From Trichoplax adhaerens (lineage: Eukaryota; Animalia; Placozoa), in the NCBI RefSeq assembly GCF_000150275.1, contig NW_002060952.1, positions 22,482-86,481 on the forward strand: 64,000 nucleotides of DNA, given 5' to 3'. Made by a program: the position numbers and the translations under genes. Positions within the stretch are counted from its first letter, which is position 1; the number at the start of each line of letters is the position of its first letter. Shown piece after piece: positions 1 through 11,747 of the stretch. The notes under the pieces were generated by a model, which searched no databases, was not told the origin of the DNA, and worked only from the letters and a program-made list of their open reading frames with translations.

Positions 1-520
1 AAATAATTACNTTGTTATGCTCTAATTACTTTATTACCTGAGAAGAAGAATACATAATATATATGCTAACGTATTATGCATCAATTTGAGGCTACCATTT
101 CACCGTTATAAGTGCTGCATTAGTTACCAGCAGCAGCAAAGACTGATTATTTTGAAAAAACTAAAATTACACAAGATAATGAGATTAGTTGTTTAGAAAT
201 CGCCCACCTTCAATTGAAAGCTACCATTATACTAGAATGATTTGTGAACTTGTAAGCATCTACCAAGTAAAAAAAGTAGCCAAACGATGGTATAATTCTT
301 ATATCAGCATACACCTTAAAGCATAATCTCACAAATTCGAAGGTTTACTAAATATTATATACTCATCTTTACTGAAAACAATATTTTAATAATATAGTTT
401 AAAGAACGATGACAACCGCTTAAGTTCTATAATTATATTTTTACAGAGCAATGTTAGGGACTGTTTCTGATAAGATATGGCAACGAAATAATGAAAACAG
501 CTGGCTCGCTCATTTAAAGT

Positions 521-3435
521 TTACTCGCAGATTTTACCAAGGAGCCAATACGTTTTCATAATTCCAAGCCCCTAATGATGTAAAGAACGTTTTCCTTACA
601 GTAATATAAGATTTTAGGTAGCTATGCAAAAGAAAACTGTTGCAAGTAAGATGTCTTAAAGACATTTAATCCAACTTTAAGATACCTTAATATTCGTCTG
701 TCCTCTATATTGCAATGTATACGAGCCACTTCTAGCAAGATTTCGGAAAGTAACCTGACTGCAATGAATTTTTGATGCTGAAAGGTTGCGACGGAAATTT
801 AATATTAATATCAAAATGCAATTATTACCTGTCATAATGTAATTATTGATTATTTACTTATTAGCTTAATAATAATTCGCAATATCTCGTTAAATTTAGT
901 TTTATGTTTTTGCTTGTAAATATTAATATGCGGGCTTGAAATTAGTGCCGTAAGCTGAACTTGAAATCGAAAATATTATAGATGGCTTCCAATTATAGTA
1001 GAGCCAGTATTCGCGTTAAATCAATCCGATTAACTGGATTGTTAAAATCGAATTTAGCTAGATTGCAATAAGATTCAGGCCCCAATCAGTATCTGTAATA
1101 AACTATCGGCAAGAAGAACTCTTGATTTACTTGATTTATCTGCTTATAAACTCTTTCATGCCTTGAGCATATAAATTGAAATAGTATAATCCCGCCGTAT
1201 AAAAATGAGTATACGGTATCTATACGAAGGCATTACTTTTGAGGATGATATTCTATGACCGGTGAAACTAAATAGTAGCCTGACAGAAGGGTTAACTCTA
1301 AATCATTCTTACACTACAGGCAAACCTACAATGTAGTTAATTTCTAGTGAAAAATTATTGGATTGCTATAGAAATTTAAAGGCTATTTATTAAGTATGAC
1401 ATTTATCTAATTAACCCATTTATCACTAATTTGTTATCTAGATGTCCGGTTTAGTTAATAGTATCACTAAAAAGGTGCTAATAAAGCAGAATCGTCGACT
1501 GTACCTAGGCTACTTGATTCCATTCTTGATGCAGTATTAATAGTATCGCCAAACAAACAATATCTTGGCATTTTAATACCAACAATTCCGGCAGCACATG
1601 GGCCTACAACGCACATACGATATGTATATTATATAGGTTATATATATAATATATATGTGTAAAACAATACATAATGATCGTAAACCTATAGGTTAAATCT
1701 ATCACGGAATTAGCTGTACCATGGCTTATAGTGTACGCTCTAGACGTTATCGCATCAAAAATATTAACGCCAAATCAATATCCTAACCTGTATGAATCCC
1801 AGCACGTAATTGCAACGGAAGACTCGAATTATGTGGTATCTTTAAATTCCGGACTGTATCGAATAAATCCAATGCCATGTTTGCAATTTCGATAGCATGC
1901 TGATTTCTTGGCAATCTTACTGGTAAACCAGATGCAACCATGTAATCATCACCAATGGTTTCTACTTTGTAGACGTTGTAATTCTCAATTCGAGTATCAA
2001 ACTGAATATATAATTCATTTAGCATATCTACAATTTGCATAGCTGTACTCTCTTTGCAAATTTCAGCAAATCCGACAATGTCACCAAAGTATAATGTCGC
2101 ACTATCAAATGCTTCAGCTGTTACACATTTTCCCTCTTTAAGCTGTTTCACAACTGATCTTGGCAACATTTGACAGAGTAATGTATCCGTCTTTCTCCTT
2201 TCACGAATTAATACATGAGTTTTAGTAGCAACATTAATAGCATATAGCTGATATTTTCTTGTTAATTTTATAGTTCGAAACAGCACCAGAGGACAGACAA
2301 TAACTGTACTAACCAATAAAGCAAGAGAAATTAAGAAAGCTACATTAGCACAGTGGCTAATATAATTTGACTGAGTTACAATATAATTAGCAAGTTCTTT
2401 TTGAATTAAATACAAATGGTTGATGTGAATAGTAATATTTTTGAACCAATAATTGGCATCTGCCATAGATGGTTTGTGAAGAGCATTGCTAGATATTATT
2501 CCTCTAAAATGCTGTACTTGCATATAGACACTGCCATTAACGCCCTGAATATACGAATCGTAACGATTTCTAACTAATTGTGAATATCGACCTGCAGATT
2601 CAATATTACTTATGCCAAGTTGTAAGTTTGAATAATATAACATTATTTCTTCATGATTCAATTTCTTATTCGCATAGTAAACGCTACCTAGAGATCTCTC
2701 CATGCCAGCTTGCTCTATACCATTTATTAGCATCCGAAATGCAACTAAATGATTCCATAGCTGATTTTTTTTAATTTTTTGTAACTTATCAATAGTCCAA
2801 GCAAATATCTCAGCAATTATATCAGAGTAAAACTCAAGTTCATGTAAAACAGTGGTATTCAAGCGATTGGCTACTTGACTGTGATGGTGCGATAAATAGT
2901 CTTCCAACGCAGTACCATTTCTTAAATAATAAACGGGTACATGATCAGTTAGCCATAGCTGAATATGCTTTATTGCTCGAATAGTTTGACGTCTTTGCTG
3001 AAGAAGGGGTTCAAAGATTTGATCGCTAAAGTTACTGCTTACCAACAGGACTGTTTGACTTCGTTCGATTTGTAAGGAATAAATTAAATTTCCAAGTCTT
3101 ACGCTTAATGATAGTTCGTTCTTAATTTGGATACCGTCATCATTCCTGACCTTATCAGAAATTAAATTATTAGTGGCTATAGCGGCTAAAGCAACGCAAG
3201 GAATTAATAATAAGAGGAAAAATTTTAAAATTTGATTCCGGCTACCAGTAGTCTTAGTTAGATCGTCATTGAGACACAATGTTCGTTTACCAAATTTATA
3301 GTATGAGAGTGTAGTATTCGACGCGCTGTTTGACATGTCCTCGACATTTCTGCTCTTAGTGAGGTCGGAATATTCACTAAACGTATAAGATTTACTAACT
3401 GTATGTTTGAAACGATCTCTTCCTGAAATAGCCAT
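521..3435 (-). CDS. NIT-domain two-TM receptor guanylyl cyclase (NIT-GC), paralogue 1
   Basis: Spliced by eye: complement(join(521..571,686..777,1505..1603,1788..3435)), all GT-AG. TM1 [19 protein letters not shown] motifs [10 protein letters not shown] and [14 protein letters not shown]2 [20 protein letters not shown]. Signalling helix [17 protein letters not shown]. Cyclase motifs [43 protein letters not shown]; ends [17 protein letters not shown] in KVET and C in RYCLFG are the GTP-specifying residues. Confidence 0.92.
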
Positions 3436-6400
3436 GATTTTCCTAAACTTTTTATGTTAAGAAGGTTAGAATTTTAGTTTACGGTAGAGTCTTGTTTATT
3501 GAAACACTTTTAGTACCAATTACGATATACAGTCTTTAGGTATATGAAAACAGAGAAAAGTATTTGCTAGGATCAATTGTATTTATTCTCTAAATTTTTC
3601 TTGTTTAGGCCATTCTTTTCCCTCATATCCTTTTCTATTTTTACCTTTAGAGCTATGATAATCAGTTTTGTTTAGCAATTAAAAATTAATAAAATAATTT
3701 ATACTGGTTACCTGCTGCAGACGATAATGAAGTATCGTACCGAGAATTCCCACCTATCCATCTATCTATAATTCATGCCGTTGCCTGTAGTACTATATTA
3801 ATATACTCTAATCTATGGAGTATATCTACCCAAATATAAGCAATAACTTAAAGTATTTAAAGTGTTAATGATCGTAGTTATCTTAAAAGGGTAATGAATA
3901 ACATTAAATCGCCCCAAAAAAATGAAAATACACTCACGTAAATTTTTTTACCACATTAACAATTAATAATGGCGAAAGATCAAGGCGCCATTTAATAAAA
4001 TTTTGAAAAGAAATAATTTTTATGTTACTATTACTGTGCTAACACGATAAGAATAGATTAAAAAATAAAGCAATATATATCACATCAATAATCAACTCAG
4101 TAATTATGATATCAGTCATATGAAGTAGACTGGACCTGGAATTTGTTGGAAATTGAAAGGCAGCAGTTCAAAGGAAAGTCGAATAATACATCAGAATATC
4201 AAAATACAGAAATTCTAACTTTCAATATTATAAATTATTTATAATAGCCAAGTTGCTTAGCCAACAATTATCATAGGTGTTCATTATTTTTGGAAATAAA
4301 AATAGTTGTGCATCAATTCTATTTCCTTAATAAATGAGGCTGAGGTTATATTCTCATTATTTTTTAAATAAAATCAAGCCTGTAAAAATAATTAACTACA
4401 GACTAATGTCATACTTGCTGTCCTCCCTATTTACCAACAGTATGTCACAAAAAGAGTACTGGTGACCTTTCATCATCAAGAATCCGAAACAAGCACATGT
4501 CTCTACACAGGAAAAAATACAAAATTCAATTTTCGTTGACATTTTAACTATTCTATACCTTAGCAAATATTCAATTAACTTTGCAGATTATAGAAAGATA
4601 ACATTATTTATGCACATCTTTAAAAAGTATAGATAAAAAGTATTAAAAGTAAATACAAGTTAGTAATTTAATAAAAAAAATTATAGTTATACCTATAGTC
4701 ACTCGTGCACCATTCTATTAATACTACAATAGCTTTTCAATAATTGACTAATTCAGTAATTATTAATTGGTATAGGCTATTCATCAGTGCTCCATGCAAT
4801 CCTATTGATAAATTTATTAATAATAGCTCTCTAGTCCTTGTTCGACCACTTTCATTGACTGCAATGATTATTTCTAATAAGCAGCAGTCTTCTTCACTAT
4901 ACTCGGTTAAATGCCTCAAAACTACTTGTGTAGAAGCTTTAATTGGTAGCTATACTCATTTAACGATCTTTTTGAATCCACCGACTCCACAGAAATGATG
5001 CTATTGAAATCTCTAATCCTCATCATTCAGATAAATAAATCAAGTAGAAGGTTTTAACGAAAATATAAAATAAATCAAAGCTTATTTGGCTGAGATATCG
5101 TATCGATTAACTTAATAATAATTTTACAAAACCATTGGTAAGAGAGAGAAGTAACTTCTATTATAGAACTACGTTAGATAAGCTACTGATAATATCTCAG
5201 ATCATTTTAGATGCAAATGAAATAGCAAGTGTATTACAAAACTAATCGCTATTCTTCATAATAACCACATCGATAATATCACATATATCATTCAAAATGT
5301 TTGTGTGTCTCAGATATCACTTGAATATTTATTTTTATATCTATTAGCCCACACTTTCCTATTTAATATTATCGATTAAAATTATACGTTAGTTTTACGA
5401 CCATACTCATTCAGTAATGTGTGCGTGTCACGTTCTGTAATAGTTACATAATTAGTATGTTACCTTCTTTCTATATATGGTTAAATATCACGATGTTATT
5501 ATCACGTCATGCGTATATAGATGTAGTTATGGTACTATATTAAGCTTATCTATATATGTATTCTCATGTTGCCATACTCGGTATGATATCCTATTTGTAA
5601 TGACTAAACTAGGGAAACCTTTCTGTTGGTGATGATCTTGTGATCTACGTCAGTAGATCAAAGGTCACAATAAAGAAAGTATATAAACTCTTCGTTTTAA
5701 CAATAAAGTTAGTTCTTCAACTTAATTACTGGGTCTCCTTGCTGAGTGCAGATCTAGTACTTGTTACAAAATTTGGAAGTTGTAACAGTGCGATAACAAA
5801 TAAAATGTAAATTATATTTAAAGTTAATATTACAACTTATGTAGGAATAAAATACAGCTGCATGATTACTTTGAATACTTTTAAAATATGTACTCTATAG
5901 CTTTGCTGAATGATCTAAATACAGTAAAATTCATATATGCCTCCAGGTCTGATTCGGAAACTTTAAAAACTGGCTAATATTTCAATTGCCTAAGTGGATT
6001 GAAATACTAGCGTTTGCTATAGGGTGATCGTCTACACTACCATTTCTGGAGGATGTTAGAAAAGCCATTTAATTCTATCGACATATAGTATTGTGGTTTT
6101 CCATATTACTTAGTTATAATTTAGCTATAAAAATCATATATAAGGCCATAAGCATTAAATACAAATTTCTAGATATTAATACTTAAATAATTCTATCAAT
6201 ATCTCTGTATTCTGGTATTCATATTGTGACTAGATAAAAACATTTAACTACGATTAATTTTACAAGCAATAAATAAATTTTACTACTTCAATGAATTATA
6301 AAATAAAACATTCATCTTTACAAAAGCTCAAGATAATTAAATGTTTGGATCATAAACTATGCATAAGAAAATTTCAATATACATATCTTAATACCTAACG

Positions 6401-7071
6401 ATTATGTTAATACTTTTGGGCCCAGGATCGTAGGATAAATTTGAGTTTACCTATGTGTCTTAGAATTAATTAAGTTCCCGTCATGTCTGCAATTCTTTGA
6501 TATCAGTCCTTTATTTTACTCTTTAAAGTAAATCACAAAGTTTGTATAACCTACTTAACTATTTAAAGTAATCAAGCAACTGTATTTCAGCATCGGTTAG
6601 CAGAATCATCAGAACAATCTATCATTATAATTAGAGCAAAAAATAATTTAAAAATGCAATGCGTAATCTTACGCAAAATCCGTCTTCAATATATTTGAAC
6701 TAGAGTTTAATTACATCACTTTCTACGCAGAGAAACAATTTTTGCTATTTTAGATGATTTTTAATAGAAATTTCAAACAATCAACATCTTAAATTTATCA
6801 AGGAGTTCCAAATTATTTTAACTCACTAAAATGAATTCTGCAAAACCAGGACAAGTACAATGTATGTGATTAAATTAGCTTAATGAACATATATCTTAAT
6901 TAAAATTTAATAATACTAAACGATGAGTAATTTATTAATGAACTTGTAAATAATTAATTAATCAATTAATAAAATAATTTCATTTATCAGTTTGCGGTTA
7001 TGAATAAATTGACTAGTTTTTCATACGAATACATCGATATTGTATGCATATGTCACGATGGCTTTTGCAGG

Positions 7072-7364
7072 GACTACTTAAAGAAAGAGAGGGGCTGTCA
7101 ACAATTTTTATTGAAAAAAAATGTAGAGGCTGACTATTCTTCTGGTCATTTCGCTATGTCACAAAGCTGGAACCACCATACACCGTTAGTGTGCAATCAA
7201 CTTAGTAATCACCTCGGAGCATAGCCGTAAACAGTACAGCATATGGTTTTAGATGTATATATGTTATATAGATCATTTAAAATGACCAGAGAAAGTCAGC
7301 CTCCACATTTTTGGACAACGAAAGTCGTTGATAGTCCGTCTCTCTTTCTTTTATTACTATAGTC
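7072..7364. mobile_element. Foldback/MITE-like element with ~80-bp imperfect terminal inverted repeats
   Basis: Left arm 7072-7151 (gactac...aagaaagagaggggctgtcaac...aaaatgtagaggctgactattcttctggtcattt) matches the reverse complement of right arm 7280-7364 (aaatgaccagagaaagtcagcctccacattttt...gttgatagtccgtctctctttc...tagtc). The ~130-bp spacer has no credible coding potential. Confidence 0.7.
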
Positions 7365-7764
7365 TATAGTCTCTGGCTATTACTACTTATAAAGCTTTAT
7401 CTATAAAAGAAATAACTTTAAAGGCTACTAAAAACCATAACTAATGTATTTTCCTGCTATTATAATTGATATAAAAGCGCCACTTTAAATATAGGCTATC
7501 ATAGCACATATTTTAATTAAACCTGTTTATACAATCAAAAAGAGACAGCTTAACAGAATTACCTAAGTATCATAAATCTAGCAATGTCATTCCACGAGTG
7601 TGTCAACAAATTAAACAAGAAAAGATTTCACGAATGCTACGAAAGACTACAAGTAAACAAAATAAGAGTAAAATTCTAAATTAAAGGCTTCAGTTTTACT
7701 AATTCCTTAATATAAATCATTAAATAGAGCATACTTGTATGTTGAACCAATTTCGTTTCTTAAT

Positions 7765-7804
7765 AAATTCTAAATTCTAAATTCTAAATTCTAAATTCTA
7801 AATT
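7765..7804. repeat. 7-bp tandem repeat (AAATTCT) x ~5
   Basis: aaattctaaattctaaattctaaattctaaattctaaatt read directly from the sequence. Confidence 0.9.
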
Positions 7805-10184
7805 GTTGTTGACATTTTAAAATAAATTCGATCAAATTTCTAAACCAATGTAATTTTTAAAGATTTGATCAGAACATGATCTGTTTATTAAATTGATTAA
7901 CTTTATATTATTCTCAAGTTACCCTTATCAAGCATTGATAACTAAATCTTGCTTTGAGCAGATGCAGTATATACGCGTACACTCAATAATGAAAAAGAAT
8001 TTAGCAACAAAAATCTGGCATGGATTAGTACAGATGATCCTCTTTTCTAAGCACAGATCATAGGAATTATAAAACAACCAGATTACTATCCAATAATTTC
8101 TTATTTATTGGGTGATGATAATGATAGGCACTGTATAAACTAAGCGAGGTTATGTACGCAGGTCTTGAAAATGAATAATATTAAAATGTGAAAATAAATT
8201 CAATAGCAAGCTCGGTCAGTAAAAATTTAAAACAGACCATAATTTTTTAGCTATTAACCTTCTTCTTCAAACTGGAAATTTGTAGGCTTAAATAAATTAT
8301 GTAGTACTTTTGTAGCCTTGTCGATGATACCGAAGTAAACCAACATTATAAATTAAAGTGTACATCGCCTAGTACGCAGCATACGCGTATACGGTAAAAA
8401 ATAATGACAATCGGCTTTTATTACTCTTAACACTGCAGATGAAGAGAGCCAGTAAAAGCTGCAGTCCCATTAACACTGCGGGTTCATTGATAGTTCAATA
8501 AATGAATTATACTTTCATATCAGTACGTATATTTAAGCCAATTATGCAGTACTTTTTAGATTTTATGGGAGCTGGTGGGTGGAAACGGGATGCAGTCTTG
8601 ACCAATTATACTCGTTATTGGAAAGGCTAATTAATACTTTTGTTAGTTTGTTTCCTATCATAGAATGATCTTATTGGCCTGATTCTTGATTCTAAATCGT
8701 TTTGATCATAAAAATTGATAAAATTTTAACAGATCGCTTTTATTATTAGTGTTAACTCTCCGCAAAAGGGTTGAATTTAATGATATAACTAACGATCAAC
8801 ATGTATAACTGAGATTACTAGAGCTCATAAAGTACTCCGATTATGATTATTGGATAGTATTTCATATTGAATTCTACAATAATAAGCTATCGCTCCTTCA
8901 AAGCAAGGTCTGTGATAGTTTTAACTTACATTTATTTCCTATTATTTCTTAAATAATGACGGATGATATTAATTATGCTACTTCTCATTGATATAGGACT
9001 GAAGATTTTGTCATACGAAATTGAAAAGACTGCAGTATCTCTGCCAGCGAAGTAACAAGACATTAAGCTAATAAATAACTGAGCAAGACAAGCTAGATTT
9101 GTCTAAAGTGCGATAAGACTGTAAAAGTATCTCCATTTAAGAACGACTTAGAAAGTATATATTAAGTACACGCTACAAGTTCAACACAATCTTTATACAC
9201 TACAGTAACAAAAATTAGGTAACCCTAAAATGCGGTAACTCTCTAAACTTTTTTACGTCTTTGGCATTCAATATCCCTTAACTACTCTCGGAAACTAAGA
9301 ATATTTTCATGCTATACGACTAGAGGATTGATTTTTGTTCTATTATCTGTCGGACTTAAGTACTCTTCGGAAGAAGCTAGCATTAATCAATCATCACGAT
9401 ATTCTAACAGTTAGGTCATACTTGACAACCAAATTATTACAGAAGTGTATATAGCCAGTGACTACTACTAGATAACTGGACTACAGTAATTCCACTCTCT
9501 GAATCATTTACAGCATAACCTTATCACTATAAATATTATGCCCTCTTTCACAAGGATTGTAGAGACAGGTTGAGGATGAGGGAAGGAGCTTTATTAATAA
9601 GGTAATTGCTGATAGTTACTCAGACAGAAAGGAGCATCGAATGAATATGTAATTCATATTCAGTACCAGATAATATAGTTACCGAACATACTGTTACAGT
9701 TACAACTAGTTTTGCAATACAGAAACCGCTTCCAACAGTAGTTGAGCACAGATACCAGCCTTTCACTAAGATCAAAACTAGAACTCTTTTTATTATACCT
9801 TCTATCTATTCACAAGCGGCTATAGCACATATAAACAGAATAGAGAGAAGCTAAACAATATCAGCTGTCGAATATCGTTAGACCTATATTAGTATAATTT
9901 AAAGCTATACCTTAAAATTCGTTAGGTGCATATGTAATGCGAGATTAACCATAATCAGAACACGATCTTACTTTTGAGCTATCTAATAAATTAAACATCT
10001 AACTAATTACTAACAATTTCAATCTACATGCGATATATAACACAATTCGTCGCGGTATGAGTACCGTGAAAAACCTATAAACGATTATATATTATCAATC
10101 AATCACAAGGGGCAGTATAAGATGGGATAATCTATCAATGTCAATTACTAGATAAGAATTCTTATTACGGACAGTATATATTGT

Positions 10185-10625
10185 TGTCACGGTACGAACT
10201 ACCGTGAAGAAATAGCTATCTAAATTTGGTTAATATAATATAGTGATAATATATTACAACTAGTTACTTACAATACGAATTACTCTAATTATAAATGTGT
10301 TACGGTAAATTTAATATTGCGCTGTAATGTGCACTGAAATGATTCTGTGAATGGACATGTTGTAATCTAACTATGAAAAATTAGTTAGTAGATGTTCTCA
10401 CTTAAGTATTTTTATAAGATAACTCATGAATGTTAGCTGCTGTAGAAGGGTATATAAGCCCGTCAGATAGTTGAATAAAGTAGTTCTCAATTGTATAGTT
10501 GTTTTAACGTAGAAGCAAAGACGTCTTAATTCTTGTGAGGCAGTTAAGGGATACTGAATCTTGGAGACTATAGTAATTTGGAGATTTGTTTTACGTTATC
10601 CTAGTCACGAAGCTGGTTTGTGACT
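10185..10625 (+). mobile_element. Solo-LTR-like element (441 bp) with 5-bp TSD ATTGT
   Basis: Starts TGTCACGGTACG and ends GGTTTGTGACT. These match the termini of the 17470 copy read on the minus strand (TGTCACGGTACG...GGTTTGTGACA). ATTGT flanks it at 10180-10184 and 10626-10630. Internal GTATATAAG (~10450) is followed by AATAAA (~10474). Confidence 0.75.
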
Positions 10626-11747
10626 ATTGTACTGTAAAATTATAACTATATCGATTCGTATGGTAAGCAAATTATTGTAATCACCATATGAGAAGGTAAA
10701 ATACACTAAATTGACTCATCTGATCCTTCACGCTAGTTGGTACTGCGATAGCAATATGTGAAGTAAAAGGGAGTTTGTTGCAATTTTTGGGTTATCTGTA
10801 GGAGAAAAGTACCAACGTAATTTAATTTAATTTAAATACTTCACTTTAGCTAGCTTTATCGATGAGTTAATTTGTGATACTATCCTTCATCATAGTTTAT
10901 AACAGAACGCTCTAATAATAATTAAATAATTATAATTATAATTAATAAAATCAACAATTGAGAAAAATGATTCAATTTTTGTTTAGTTCAGGCTACGTTC
11001 AATTGTATTGAGTATAAAATGATTGATAACATTATGAATGTGTTTATAGAAGAAAGAAAGTTTAATTGCTAAAGAAAAAAAAAAGTTGTCACTTATATAG
11101 GAATTATATTCATAGGAAAAATAGAATGCAATCATACATTTTTAATGACAGACTGTAGGAAATAATTATTATGATGTAGAAATAAAAAATGTCTACTGTA
11201 AGAACAAGCACACGACAATCATAAATGCGATCATATAGGGCGTATGATTTGGATGTTAATTTAAAGGTATAAATGAAGCATCTCATTTTCTAGATAAAAT
11301 ACTACCTTGATTCTAATTATCGCCAGATGGAAATCCTTACTTATTACAGCGGAGCACCGATATTTTATATCTACGTTAAATATGTCGGCAAACGTTGACT
11401 TTTGCTAATAATAAAATTGAAGATTTGGTAAATTATGCGACGGATTATATATCAGTAGTATTCATTAAATAGAATACTCATAGCTAGATGAGAATTAAAA
11501 TGTAAAGGCAATAGAAAGAAAACATGAAATCAATAAACTCTTTCTTCGCATATATCGGCAGTTGTAAATCTGACTAATTAGTTTATACGTGCAAAGTTGA
11601 ATAGGTTTTACTTCAGAATTTTAAAAATTAAAAGTCACTAGTTATCCTCCTCGTACGACGACGAAACTGAGATATTATCAACGAAAGGGTATTGAAAATA
11701 AGTTAATACTTTAAATTTCATTAATTTAATATCTTTGGTCGGACATT

